This document shows positions 1-9,774 of a stretch of DNA of 64,000 nucleotides, one piece after another. The notes under the pieces were generated by a model, which did no database searches, was not told where the DNA came from, and saw only the letters and a program-made list of their open reading frames with translations. The stretch is from Acidobacteriota bacterium (GTDB lineage Bacteria; Acidobacteriota; UBA890; WLXD01): positions 736,001 through 800,000 of the forward strand of contig CBDFKD010000002.1 of the NCBI GenBank assembly GCA_965248695.1, read 5' to 3'. Position numbers and translations under genes: made by a program. Position 1 is the stretch's first letter. Every line of letters starts with the position of its first letter.

Positions 1-867
1 GGCGTGGATCGCCAGCCCGCTCCCGTAGTTGACCCCATACCCGATCAACGGCCAACCGTAGTTCCTCCCCGGAAGAATTCGGTTGAGCTCGTCGCCTCCC
101 CGTGGCCCGTGCTCGTTGAGCCAGATGTCTCCGGTCTGCGGATGCACCGCAAGGCCCTGGGCATTGCGGTGTCCGTAGCTGAAGATCTCCGGTAGGGCAT
201 CGTCGCGGCCTACGAACGGATTGTCGACCGGCACGCGGCCGTCGTCGTGCAGTCGCACCGTGGTGCCCTGATGGTTGGAGAGATCCTGCGCGGGATGGGC
301 GTTCAGGTCGCCTCGCGGCGGGGTCTGGCGGTCTCCGACGGTGACGAACAGAAAGCCGTGGCGGTCGAACGCCAGCCGCGAGCCGTATGAACCGCTTCCT
401 ATGGTTACCGCTTCAAAGATCTCTTCGACGGCCGTGAGACGGTGGTTCTCGAAACGACCACGCAGCACCGCGGTGGTCGCCTGCGTGCGGTCGGCGTTGG
501 GCTTCGAGAAGCTGAGGTAGATGAGCCGGTTGGCAGCGAAGTCCGGATGCAGGGCCACATCCAGTAGCCCACCCTCCGTAGCCAGGCGCCTGCCTCGCGG
601 CTCGACGAGGACATCGGGAACACCCGGCACCGGATCGGCCAGCAGCTTGCCGTGACGAACAACGCGAAGCCGCCCCGGTTGCTCGGTGACCAGCATGTCG
701 CCGTCGGGAAGGAAGGCGATCGACCACGGGTGCTCCAGCCCTTCCACCACCGTGACCACCCGATAGTCGTGGTAGGCGGATCGGCGGGTGGGAGCCTGAC
801 CGGCGGACGGGCTCGTGGCGAACGCCAGAAATCCAGCGGCGACCAGTGCGATGCGGGCACGAGCCAT
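1..867 (-). CDS. PQQ-dependent sugar dehydrogenase (GSDH/YliI-like beta-propeller); 3' end runs off the window
   Basis: Not in the ORF track. Manual translation from ATG 867: MARARIALVAAGFLAFA (signal-like)...GLEHPWSIAFLPDGDMLVTEQPGRL...GGLLDVALHPDF...YGHRNAQGLA...EHGPRGGDELN...NYGWP, all typical GSDH motifs. Confidence 0.9.
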   Translation of the reverse strand, partial: MARARIALVAAGFLAFATSPSAGQAPTRRSAYHDYRVVTVVEGLEHPWSIAFLPDGDMLVTEQPGRLRVVRHGKLLADPVPGVPDVLVEPRGRRLATEGGLLDVALHPDFAANRLIYLSFSKPNADRTQATTAVLRGRFENHRLTAVEEIFEAVTIGSGSYGSRLAFDRHGFLFVTVGDRQTPPRGDLNAHPAQDLSNHQGTTVRLHDDGRVPVDNPFVGRDDALPEIFSYGHRNAQGLAVHPQTGDIWLNEHGPRGGDELNRILPGRNYGWPLIGYGVNYGSGLAIHA

Positions 868-884
868 GTCGGTCCCCGCGGACC

Positions 885-1383
885 TCACTCCGCAGATCCC
901 GCCAGGGCCAGGGCGACGAGATCCCCACTTCTCGAACTCCGGGCTGAGCATCTTGACGAAATGCGTCACCGCCCAGAGCTCAGCCATCGTCAGGATCCGT
1001 CTCCACGGCGGCATGGAGGTGCCGTGCAGCCCTATCGTGATGGTGCGGAAGAGATCCTCGTCGGTCGGCAAGTCGCCGCCCGGCGTCGTCTTGAAACGGA
1101 AGATGCCGGAGGCCAGATCACGTGCCGGCGGCGACAGCAGCGACGCGCAAGGTCCATCGGCCCGCCCAGAATCGCCGTGGCAGGAGGCGCAGTGGTCGAC
1201 GAACAGGGAGGAGCCCAGGGCGAGTGACTCGGGTGTTGCTACCGGCGCCGGAGGGACGTCGAACGCGCTCCACGATACGGCAGCGAGCGTCTCCGCGGGG
1301 GCGGGCTCGCTGGAATCCGTGGCGCAGCCCGCGGCGAGCAGCAGGCTCCCGATTAGTAGTGCGTTCACGGCGGAGCGTGTCAT
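885..1383 (-). CDS. Cytochrome c lipoprotein (single CxxCH), with a probable +1 indel near the 3' end
   Basis: ATG 1383 MTRSAVNALLIGSLLLAAGC (lipobox), then CASCHG, FRFKTTPGGDLPTDEDLFRTITIGLHGTSMPPW. Removing one G from the GGGG run at 923-926 gives WDLVALALAGSAE* ending at 885. Confidence 0.8.
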
Positions 1384-1541
1384 TTGGCGGCAGTATAGGG
1401 GCTCGTGTACGCTCCACCGCACCGTTGGCCGGATCCGCGGTACGAACTCTTCCACGGCGTGGGTCGCACGCGGAGGCGCGCGGGTCGCCCGACCGCCCAA
1501 TCGTCGGACAGATGAGCCTCGACGAAGCTGGTGAGCTTCCG

Positions 1542-3170
1542 ATGAGATACACGGAGTCGACCGTGCATGCTCTTCTGCCCCTGCTGCTGGCGGTGGCGGT
1601 CATCGCTTGCAACTCGGAACGGACTGCGGCCCCGATTGTGGAGCCGGGCCCGCCGCGCCCTGGCCACGGGCGCAAGGTGGAAGGTGTGCATCCGGGGTTG
1701 GAGATCGCCGCGGTCCGGCCGCCGGGCATGGCGCTCGGAGTGGGCGGTCTGAGCGTGCTGCCGGACGGTCGTCTGGTGGTCGCTACATTCGATGCCCAGA
1801 AAGTGCTGCCGCTGGACCCGGCGACGGAGGTCAACGGCGAGCTCTGGCTGGTCGATAACGTCGCTGCTGATGACCTGGCGGGGGTGACCGCGTTCCAGAT
1901 CGCTGACGATCTCCAGGAACCGCTAGGTGTCACGACCGTCGGTACGGACATCTATGTATCGCATCGCGACGAGGTCACGCGGTTCGCCTACGACGAGGCC
2001 ACCGGAGCCTGGAATCGCACCGCGGTCGCGGGTGGCTGGGAGTCCCGCGACTGGCACTCGTTCGCCTTCGGCCTGATCCACGAACCAGGTGAAGCCGGCC
2101 ATCCGGGCTACCTGTACATGTCGCGATCGACTGGCCTGGGGCGCTTCAGCAATCCGCCCGATCATGGCTCGGTGTGGAAGATCGACCTGGCGCGGCCCTT
2201 CGGCGATAACGTCGAGGCGCTCATCGGTGGGCTGCGAACGCCCAATGGCCTCGCTTTTGGCCCCGAGGGCGAGGTGTTCGTCACCGACAACCAGGGCGAA
2301 TGGACCCCCGCCAATGAGCTCAACCACGTGCAGAAGGGCCACTTCTATGGCTTCGAGCATGACATCGAAGGGCCGAACGACCATCCGACGCCCTATCAGG
2401 ACCCGGCCGACCGGCTGAGCCCGGGGCAAGGGGCGACGCTGCCCGCTATCCAGCTACCGCAGGACGAGATCGCCAACTCGCCCACGCAGCCGATCCTGAT
2501 TCCCGACGGCCATCCCTACGCCGGCCAGCTCCTGATGGGCGACATGCGCTACGGCGGAATCCAGCGGCTCCAGTTGGAGAAGGTCAACGGCGTGTGGCAG
2601 GGCGCTGCGTTCCGTTACTCGATGGGCCTGGAGGCCGGGGTGAACCGGCTCGCCTGGGGGCCGGATGGCGCCCTGTACGCTGGCGGCATCGGTGGCGATC
2701 ATGCCGGCAGCTGGGCGTGGGTCAACGACGAGGGCGAACGGACGTTCGCCGGCCTGCAGCGGTTGCGATCGACCGGTGTCGTCGCCTTCGAGTTGAAGGC
2801 GATTCGTGTCACCCCCGATGGCTTCGAGATTCAGTTCACCCAGCCGGTCCCGCTGGCCTACCTCGCCCAACCGGGCAACTACCATCTGCGGCAGTGGGGC
2901 TACCGCAGGACGCCTGCGTACGGTGGCGTCAAGCTGGGCCAGAAGGATCTTCCGGTAGTGGAGGCGATCCCGTCGGCCGATCGGATGTCGGTACGCCTCA
3001 CCGTGCCGGATCGCGAGACCGGACGCGTGGTCTACGTCATGACCGACCCGGTAAACGATGCCGGCGAGCATATGTGGACCACCGAGAGCTGGTACACGCT
3101 GCACGAGATTCCCGCAGCAGCGACGTCGGCAGGCGGAGGGTCGGGAGCTGGAGCATCCGGCGATGAGTAG
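1542..3170 (+). CDS. Secreted beta-propeller lipoprotein (GSDH-like/PVC-type dehydrogenase-associated)
   Basis: ATG 1542, LLAVAVIAC lipobox; propeller motifs GLRTPNGLAFGPEGEVFVTDNQGEWTPANELNH and GVNRLAWGPDGALY. Confidence 0.7.
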   Translation: MRYTESTVHALLPLLLAVAVIACNSERTAAPIVEPGPPRPGHGRKVEGVHPGLEIAAVRPPGMALGVGGLSVLPDGRLVVATFDAQKVLPLDPATEVNGELWLVDNVAADDLAGVTAFQIADDLQEPLGVTTVGTDIYVSHRDEVTRFAYDEATGAWNRTAVAGGWESRDWHSFAFGLIHEPGEAGHPGYLYMSRSTGLGRFSNPPDHGSVWKIDLARPFGDNVEALIGGLRTPNGLAFGPEGEVFVTDNQGEWTPANELNHVQKGHFYGFEHDIEGPNDHPTPYQDPADRLSPGQGATLPAIQLPQDEIANSPTQPILIPDGHPYAGQLLMGDMRYGGIQRLQLEKVNGVWQGAAFRYSMGLEAGVNRLAWGPDGALYAGGIGGDHAGSWAWVNDEGERTFAGLQRLRSTGVVAFELKAIRVTPDGFEIQFTQPVPLAYLAQPGNYHLRQWGYRRTPAYGGVKLGQKDLPVVEAIPSADRMSVRLTVPDRETGRVVYVMTDPVNDAGEHMWTTESWYTLHEIPAAATSAGGGSGAGASGDE

Positions 3171-3967
3171 GCTCGGTTTGGTCGGTGCGATAGTGATGCT
3201 GCCCCCTCGCCGTGGCCTGTGGGCTCGGGCCCTCCGACGACGAACCCGGCACGGCGGAGCGGCGTCAGCCGGCGGGCGTGGCGCCTGACCTGAGTGAGGC
3301 GGGGAGGATCGTCGGCCGCGTGCTGTTCAACGGCACGGTCGACCAGCAGCGCGTCGTGATCGACATGGACGCCGACCCCGCCTGTGCCCGCATGCAACGT
3401 TGGGAACAGCACGCCGCGCCGCGGGTCCAGCTCAACGCCGACGGCACGTTGCGCGATGTGCTGGTGTACGTCAGCGACGGTCTCGACGGGCTCGTGTTTC
3501 CCGATCCAGTACCCGAAGATGCAGAGTTTGGCTTCAACGTTCCCGGCGTACTCGAACACGTCGACTGCATCTTCCGCCCAGCGGTACTGTCGCTGCGGAC
3601 CGGACAGACGCTCACCATCCGTAACAGCGACGATACGTTGCACACCGTCAGCGCTCGCCCGACGCACGGCGCTGTACTGGACGCGAGCCAGCCGAGACCG
3701 GGCTCAGAGCATCAGCACACGTTCGATCAAGCGGAGGTCGGGATCGCGGTCCGTTGCGACGTGCATCCTTGGATGACCGCCACCATCCACGTCTTCGACC
3801 ACCCGTACCATTCCGTCGCCGACGAGGACTTCGGCATCGACCTCGGTCTGCTGCCTCCGGGCCGCTACGGGGTAGCCGCGAGGCACGAGATCCTCGGGTC
3901 CCTGATGCAAGACGTTGTCGTCGGTCCGAATCAAACCGTGGAGATTGTGTTTACTTTCGAACCGTAG
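3163..3967 (+). CDS. Cupredoxin-like / carboxypeptidase-regulatory-like lipoprotein, +1 frameshift in the signal peptide
   Basis: ATG 3163 overlaps the upstream stop. Removing one C at 3202-3206 restores MSRLGLVGAIVMLPLAVAC-GLG. Contains NSDDTLH...VRCDVHPWM, a type-1 Cu-like His/Cys/His/Met set. Confidence 0.7.
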
Positions 3968-4130
3968 CTGCTCATGGCCACCAGAGCGAGGCGAAGCTGT
4001 TTGCGCTGGGAATCGTCTCGACCGGCCTGTACGAGCGCGATCTGGCAGTGACCGCAGACGGCGACGAAATCTACTGGACCGTCGTGCTCGGGCCGCGGAT
4101 CGGTGAGTCACTTTGGGCGAACGGATTGAC
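3968..4130 (+). pseudogene. Remnant of a PD40/TolB-like propeller gene
   Basis: Reads EAKLFALGIVSTGLYERDLAVTADGDEIYWTV, similar to the N-terminal FAPGIVST..ERD...PDG.EIY motif; no start codon and no continuation. Confidence 0.5.
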
Positions 4131-4212
4131 CACGCCTACACCTGCGAACTCGAGGTCCCGCTCGGCGAACCGGTCGACCAGGCCATGGGTTGCCGGCGGT
4201 AGTTTCGTCAAG

Positions 4213-4230
4213 CTATGACGTTTCTATGAC
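4213..4230. promoter_or_regulatory. 11-bp-period direct repeat (OmpR/PhoB-type box) upstream of the heme operon
   Basis: CTATGAC at 4213-4219 and 4224-4230; the reverse strand reads GTCATAG-AAAC-GTCATAG. Confidence 0.45.
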
Positions 4231-4290
4231 AAGTCGCCTGATCAACGGGGCCAATACTCGTTCTCAACGCAATTCTTGGAGGCGTTCCCC

Positions 4291-4404
4291 TTGAGTCCTG
4301 CCCGCATGGTTCTGGTCAATCTCGGCACTCCTGAGCAGCCCACAGCCGGGGCCGTTCACGAGGTCTTGGCCGAATTCCTCTCCGACCCGCAGGTGGTGGA
4401 TTGA
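4291..4404 (+). pseudogene. hemH: Ferrochelatase N-terminal remnant (37 codons)
   Basis: GGAGG RBS at 4278-4282, TTG 4291: LSPARMVLVNLGTPEQPTAGAVHEVLAEFLSDPQVVD*, matching the ferrochelatase NLGTP...FLSDP.V motif. Confidence 0.8.
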
Positions 4405-4477
4405 GTCCCCAGTTGAGCGGCTCGACAGTTTCCGAGCGCGGCCTGGCTGTGGCCGCCGACACGCTCGAGTCCGGGCC

Positions 4478-5845
4478 ATGAATCGAATCGGGATCGTGGG
4501 TATCGACTGGCGCAAGCGCGGCCCCGAGAGAATAGCCCAGTACACCATACCGACCGATGAGCGCGCCTCCCGGCTGCTCGAGCTGCAGGAACGGATCGGG
4601 ACTCGCGAGCTCGTCTACCTGGCAACCTGCAATCGTGTCGAGCTGGTCTTCGTGACTCCGCAGGCGGAGACTGTGGCGCTGTTTCGGTCGCGCATCTTCA
4701 GCGCGCTTCGTGGCCGTCCACCGCGGCCACGCGAGGCCGAAGTGGAGCTGGCGGCCTGGGGTGGCGAGGGCGCTGCGGAGCATCTGTTTCTGCTCGCTTC
4801 GGGACTCGAGTCTGCGATGCTCGGCGAGCGCGAGATCGTTGGGCAGATGCGAACCGCCCTGGAGCTGGCTCGGAGTGTCGGCACCAGCGGACGAATCCTG
4901 GAATGGGTGTTCGACGAGGCCTTCAAGGTCGGCAAGCGCGTCCACCGGATCACCTCGATCGGCGAGGGCAAGGTGTCGATTGGCGAGCTCGCCCTCGCCC
5001 ACGTCCGCGACCGACTCGGCCGTGCGCCCGGTGCTGTGGCGCTAGTTGGCGTCTCGCCGATGACGCTGCACTGTGCCCGGGCTCTCGTCGAGGAGCAGGT
5101 GCCGACGCTCGTATTCAACCGTAGCCCGAACAAGGCCCGCGAGATGGCCGACGAGTTGGGTATCGAAGGGCATGGCCTCGACAGGCTCCGGCGTGGCCTC
5201 GATATCGAGCTCGCTGCCGTGGTGCTGGCCACCGCGGCACCCGAGCCGGTCCTCCGGCGCTCGGCTTTGGAGCGTCTCGCGGCCGGCGGTCGCGGCCACT
5301 CACCGCTAATCGTCGATTTGGCCACACCCGCCGACGTCGATCCCGAGGAAGCCCGGCTGGTCGGCCTCGAGCGGATCGGCATGGAGCAGATTCTCGAGGA
5401 GGCCGCGATCCACCGTCGCGGTCGGACTCAAGCCGCGGAGGGGGCGCGCGATCTTGTCGACCACGCGCTGGTGGACCTGGACGCCAAGTTGGTCGATCGG
5501 GTGCTGGCACCGATGTTGGCTGCGCTCCAACGGCGCTACCGGACGACCGCGGAGCGCGGCGTGGATCGCCTCTTGCGCAAGGAGCTCGGCGACGTCGACG
5601 AGGCCGCGGAGCGCGCCATCCGGCGCTGGGCGGAAGTGCTGGCCCATCGCTTCGCCCACATTCCCTCGACCGGTCTCCGCACGGTCGCCAAGAAACACGG
5701 CTTCGAGGTCCTGGAGAGCTTCTTCGCGGGTGCTGACGATGCCCTCGCCGGCGAGCTGGCGCGGATACGCTCCGCGCAGGATCGTCCCCTTCCGGGTGGC
5801 CTGGACGCCGAGCCGAGCAGATCGTTGCCAGAGGTATTGGGATGA
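4478..5845 (+). CDS. hemA: Glutamyl-tRNA reductase
   Basis: LATCNRVE, HLFLLASGLESAMLGEREIVGQ; first intact gene of the hem cluster. Confidence 0.93.
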   Translation: MNRIGIVGIDWRKRGPERIAQYTIPTDERASRLLELQERIGTRELVYLATCNRVELVFVTPQAETVALFRSRIFSALRGRPPRPREAEVELAAWGGEGAAEHLFLLASGLESAMLGEREIVGQMRTALELARSVGTSGRILEWVFDEAFKVGKRVHRITSIGEGKVSIGELALAHVRDRLGRAPGAVALVGVSPMTLHCARALVEEQVPTLVFNRSPNKAREMADELGIEGHGLDRLRRGLDIELAAVVLATAAPEPVLRRSALERLAAGGRGHSPLIVDLATPADVDPEEARLVGLERIGMEQILEEAAIHRRGRTQAAEGARDLVDHALVDLDAKLVDRVLAPMLAALQRRYRTTAERGVDRLLRKELGDVDEAAERAIRRWAEVLAHRFAHIPSTGLRTVAKKHGFEVLESFFAGADDALAGELARIRSAQDRPLPGGLDAEPSRSLPEVLG

Positions 5846-6765
5846 GGATCCGCATCGGCACCCGGGGCTCTCGACTGGCGCTGGTGCAAGCGCGCTCGAT
5901 CGCGGCGCGTCTGCGAGCGCACGGCCACGAAACGATCGAGGTGATCGTTCAGACGCTTGGCGACCGCGACCAGACGTCAGCCTTCCCCGAGTTCGGCAGC
6001 CCCGGTGTTTTCGTCCGTGAGATCGAGCGAGCGCTCGTTGCCGAGACGATCGACCTCGCGGTACACAGTTACAAGGACCTGCCGTCCACAGGGCCCGACG
6101 ATCTCGTCATCGCCGCCGTGCCGGAGCGGCTCGACGCGGCCGACCAACTGCTCATTCGCACCGATGTGCTGGAGCTCGACCGGGGTCGACTCGCTGTGGG
6201 CGCCCACGCCCGGATCGGCACCAGCTCGGCCCGGCGTGCGGCCCTACTACGTGGGGCACGCGAGGATTTGAGCATCTTGCCTTTGCGAGGCAACGTCGAC
6301 ACCCGGATCCGCAAGCTGCGGACGGGCGAGTATGACGCCATCGTGCTGGCCGGCGCCGGCCTCACTCGCCTCGAGGCTGCGGGCATTAGCGAGCTCGGCC
6401 AAAACGACGACGTGCACGTGCAGCGGCTCGATCCCGAGTGGTTCGTACCCGCACCCACGCAAGGCGCCCTTGCACTGCAGATCCGACGCGACGATGCCGC
6501 GCTCGCAAAGGCGCTGTCGGTTCTGCACGACGAGGCTGTGGCACGGCCGCTCGTGGCCGAGCGATTGCTCCTGGCGCGCGTCGAGGGCTCCTGTCAGCTT
6601 CCGTTCGGTGCCTGGTGCACGACCAACGCATCCGGCTTCCGGCTAGTCTTCGCCCTCGGCGATGGTGAGCGTCTGCTGGTCGACCGAGTCGACGGCGACG
6701 ATGCTACGGCACTGGCGGAGCGCGCCTGGCAACGGCTCACAGAGAGCGAGCTACGGGTGCAATGA
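5842..6765 (+). CDS. hemC: Hydroxymethylbilane synthase
   Basis: RIGTRGSRLALVQ, AVHSYKDLP, IGTSSARR, LRGNVDTR, EGSCQLP. Confidence 0.95.
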   Translation: MRIRIGTRGSRLALVQARSIAARLRAHGHETIEVIVQTLGDRDQTSAFPEFGSPGVFVREIERALVAETIDLAVHSYKDLPSTGPDDLVIAAVPERLDAADQLLIRTDVLELDRGRLAVGAHARIGTSSARRAALLRGAREDLSILPLRGNVDTRIRKLRTGEYDAIVLAGAGLTRLEAAGISELGQNDDVHVQRLDPEWFVPAPTQGALALQIRRDDAALAKALSVLHDEAVARPLVAERLLLARVEGSCQLPFGAWCTTNASGFRLVFALGDGERLLVDRVDGDDATALAERAWQRLTESELRVQ

Positions 6766-7493
6766 GATCGCTGGACGGATTGAGAATCTTGCTGACGCGA
6801 AGCCAGTGCGGCTGCCGCGAATGGGCGGGGAGAATCGAGGCCCGTGGTGGCGCGCCGGTGTCGTTTCCCTGCATCCAAACGGTTTTGCTCGATCCAGCAG
6901 GCGGCCTTGCCGGGCGCTTGAGCGCCGCCATTGCCAAGGCCCACTGGCTGGCGCTTACCTCCGCCCGTGGGGTCCAGGCCGTCGATCGGCTGGTTGCCGC
7001 ACCGCTGCCGTCTCGACTGGCAATCGCAGCCGTCGGTCCAAGCACGGCCGCGGCTGCGCGCGCGCACCTGGGCCGGGTCGATCTCGTTTCGGCGGCAGGC
7101 ACCGCCGCGGCGCTGGGCATCGACCTGGCCGAGCGGCTGGATCTCGAGCAGCATCGGGCGCCGCGGGTGGTGGTAGCTGCAGCGGTGGGCGGACGTCGCG
7201 ACGTGGAACAGGTGCTCGAGCCCAGAGGCGTGGCCGTCACACGGGTCGATGTTTACCGCACCGAGCCGGCGCCGGCGCTCGAGCCACGCCAGTCGCTCGA
7301 CTCGGTCGACGTCGTCTTGCTGGCAAGCCCTTCCGCGGTGGACGGCCTGCGGGCCCGCGCCGACCTGAGCTCTCGGATCCCCATCGTGTCCATCGGCCCA
7401 TCGACCACCGCCGCAGCTCGCGCGGTGGGCATGCGCGTCGCCGCCGAGGCGGAGCAACGCAGCCTCGAGGCAATGCTGGAGGCAATACCTTGA
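6762..7493 (+). CDS. hemD: Uroporphyrinogen-III synthase
   Basis: LTSARGV, AAVGPSTA, VYRT, LASPSAV, SIGPSTT; located after hemC. Confidence 0.88.
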   Translation: MRSLDGLRILLTRSQCGCREWAGRIEARGGAPVSFPCIQTVLLDPAGGLAGRLSAAIAKAHWLALTSARGVQAVDRLVAAPLPSRLAIAAVGPSTAAAARAHLGRVDLVSAAGTAAALGIDLAERLDLEQHRAPRVVVAAAVGGRRDVEQVLEPRGVAVTRVDVYRTEPAPALEPRQSLDSVDVVLLASPSAVDGLRARADLSSRIPIVSIGPSTTAAARAVGMRVAAEAEQRSLEAMLEAIP

Positions 7494-8476
7494 GCGCTCC
7501 GCTGCTGCACCGTCCTCGCCGCCTCCGCCGATCCGCCGTACTGCGGGCGGCGGTGCGGGAAACGCACGTTCGCCCCGAGCAGCTGATGATGCCCCACTTC
7601 ATCCTGCCGCAGCCGGGAGCCGAAGAGAGCATCCCCTCGATGCCGGGGATCGACCGCCTCGGAACCGACAAGCTACTGCCGCGCGTCGAGGCCGATCTGC
7701 GACTCGGTATTGGCTCAGTGTTGCTGTTCGGCCTGGCGCCCGCGGGACAGAAAGACAGCCGCGGCTCCGCAGCAAGCGACGCTGCCGGAAGCCAGGCAAA
7801 GGCTATCGGCGAGCTCAAGCGCGCCTTCGGCGCCGATCTTGTCGTGGTGACCGACGTCTGCTTGTGCGGGTTCACCGACCATGGCCACTGTGGCATCGTC
7901 GACGGACACAGCGTGGTGAACGATCCGAGCGTCGATCGCCTCGTCGAGGTGGCACTGACCCACGCCGAGGCCGGGGCAGATCTGGTGGCACCGAGTGACA
8001 TGATGGACGGCCGTGTCGGCGCGATTCGGCGAGCCCTCGACAAGAGTGGTTTCGTCGACACCGGGATTCTGGCCTACTCGGTCAAGTACGCCTCCGCCTA
8101 CTATGGTCCGTTCCGCGACGCCGCCGACTCGGCCCCGCAGTTCGGCGATCGGCGCAGCTACCAGATGGACCCGCCCAACGTCCGTGAGGCCGTGCGGGAG
8201 GTGCGCCTGGACGAGAAGGAAGGGGCCGACGCCGTGATGGTGAAGCCCGCTCTCGCCTACCTCGACGTGGTGCGCGCGGTGCGGGCCGAGACCATGCTGC
8301 CGCTGGCCGCCTACAACGTCTCCGGCGAATACTCCGCCGTGAAGGCGGCCGCCGAGCGGGGCTGGCTCGACGAGCCCGCGGTGGTCGTCGAGAACCTCGT
8401 GGCCATGCGCCGCGCCGGCGCCGATATCCTGATCAGCTATCACGCCCGGCAGGCACTAGAGGAGGGCTGGCTATGA
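7490..8476 (+). CDS. hemB: Porphobilinogen synthase (Zn type)
   Basis: TTG start overlapping the hemD stop; RPRRLRR, DVCLCGFTDHGHCG, APSDMMDGR, YYGPFRDAA, MVKPAL, YNVSGEY. Confidence 0.95.
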   Translation: MSAPLLHRPRRLRRSAVLRAAVRETHVRPEQLMMPHFILPQPGAEESIPSMPGIDRLGTDKLLPRVEADLRLGIGSVLLFGLAPAGQKDSRGSAASDAAGSQAKAIGELKRAFGADLVVVTDVCLCGFTDHGHCGIVDGHSVVNDPSVDRLVEVALTHAEAGADLVAPSDMMDGRVGAIRRALDKSGFVDTGILAYSVKYASAYYGPFRDAADSAPQFGDRRSYQMDPPNVREAVREVRLDEKEGADAVMVKPALAYLDVVRAVRAETMLPLAAYNVSGEYSAVKAAAERGWLDEPAVVVENLVAMRRAGADILISYHARQALEEGWL

Positions 8477-9774
8477 GCTCCAACTCGCTGGCCGTCTCAC
8501 TTCGAGAGCGGGCTGTCCGGGTCATGCCGGGGGGTGTGAGCTCTCCCGTGCGAGCCTTTCGAGCAGTGGGCGGCGAGGCGCTCATCGTCGAGCGCGGCGA
8601 CGGCTGCCACCTGACCTCGGTGGACGGCCGTCGGCTGATCGACTTCGTATGCTCCTGGGGGCCGTTGGTGCTCGGGCACGCCCATCCGGAGATTGTAACC
8701 GCGATCGAGGAGGCCGCCAGGCGCGGCACCAGCTACGGCGCGACCTGCCCGGACGAGATCGCGCTGGCCGAGCTGATGTGCGCCACCTATCCGGGCCTCG
8801 ATCAGGTGCGCTTCGTGTCATCCGGGACGGAGGCCACGATGAGCGCCCTCCGTGTTGCCCGTGGGGCCACAGGGCGCGACCTGGTGGTGAAGTTCGCGGG
8901 CTGCTACCACGGTCACGTGGACCATTTGCTGGTAGCGGCGGGCTCCGGACTGGCAACGTTCGGTCAGCCGGACTCCTCGGGCGTTCCTGACGCCTTCGCC
9001 TCGCTCACCCGCGTACTCCCGCTCGACGACGAGGGCGCGCTGGAGGAGCTCTTCCGTGCCGATGGCGAGCAGATCGCCGCGGTCATTCTTGAGCCCGTGC
9101 CGGCGAACAACGGGCTGCTGCTTCAGCGGCCGGAGTTCCTTCGCCGCATTCGGCAGCTCACTGCCGAGCACGGCGCTCTGCTCATCTTCGACGAGGTTAT
9201 CTCGGGTTTTCGCCTCGCCCCGGGCGGCGCCGCCGAGCATTACGGGATCGAGCCTGACCTGGCCTGTTTCGGGAAGGTGATCGGCGGTGGCCTGCCGGTC
9301 GGTGCGTTCGGCGGGCGTGTCGACCTGATGCGGCAACTGGCTCCAGAGGGAGGCGTCTATCAGGCCGGCACTCTTTCCGGCAATCCGCTAGCGATGGCAG
9401 CCGGCCTGGCGACGCTACGAATCTTGCAGCGTGAGGAGGCTTGGGGCCGCCTCGAGGTGCTCGGTGCCCATTTGCAGCGCCGTTTCGAGCTCGCCATAGA
9501 CGACCCTTCGGTATCGCTGGTGCGTGCCGGATCGGTGTTCTGGCTGGCGCTACAAGCGGGACAACCACCACGGCGCCCCGATGCGATTGGCCCCGACGCG
9601 GCGGATCGCTACCGGTCGATCTTCCACTCGTTGCTCGCGTCCGGAGTCTACCTGGCGCCGTCCGCCTACGAGGTGGGATTCCTGTCCTTGGCGCATTCCG
9701 AGGCCGAGATCGACCTGCTCGTAGACGCCTTGGTCCGGGCGCTACGAACCGAATCGACGGGAACGGACCAATGA
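8473..9774 (+). CDS. hemL: Glutamate-1-semialdehyde 2,1-aminomutase
   Basis: MPGGVSSPVRAF, SSGTEAT, FDEVISGFR, FGKVIGGGLPVGA, YQAGTLSGNP. Confidence 0.96.
   Translation: MSSNSLAVSLRERAVRVMPGGVSSPVRAFRAVGGEALIVERGDGCHLTSVDGRRLIDFVCSWGPLVLGHAHPEIVTAIEEAARRGTSYGATCPDEIALAELMCATYPGLDQVRFVSSGTEATMSALRVARGATGRDLVVKFAGCYHGHVDHLLVAAGSGLATFGQPDSSGVPDAFASLTRVLPLDDEGALEELFRADGEQIAAVILEPVPANNGLLLQRPEFLRRIRQLTAEHGALLIFDEVISGFRLAPGGAAEHYGIEPDLACFGKVIGGGLPVGAFGGRVDLMRQLAPEGGVYQAGTLSGNPLAMAAGLATLRILQREEAWGRLEVLGAHLQRRFELAIDDPSVSLVRAGSVFWLALQAGQPPRRPDAIGPDAADRYRSIFHSLLASGVYLAPSAYEVGFLSLAHSEAEIDLLVDALVRALRTESTGTDQ

Noticed and set aside
1-1383. Apparent in-frame fusion of cytochrome c to GSDH (one open frame from 1383 to the window edge)
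   Set aside because: The GSDH part has its own ATG and signal peptide, and deleting one G at 923-926 gives a natural stop at 885; this fits the +1 indel pattern seen elsewhere.
6662-7489. 604-aa HemB with a long N-terminal extension in the ORF track
   Set aside because: The extension overlaps hemC/hemD in another frame and is Arg/Gly-rich noise; the real start is TTG 7490.
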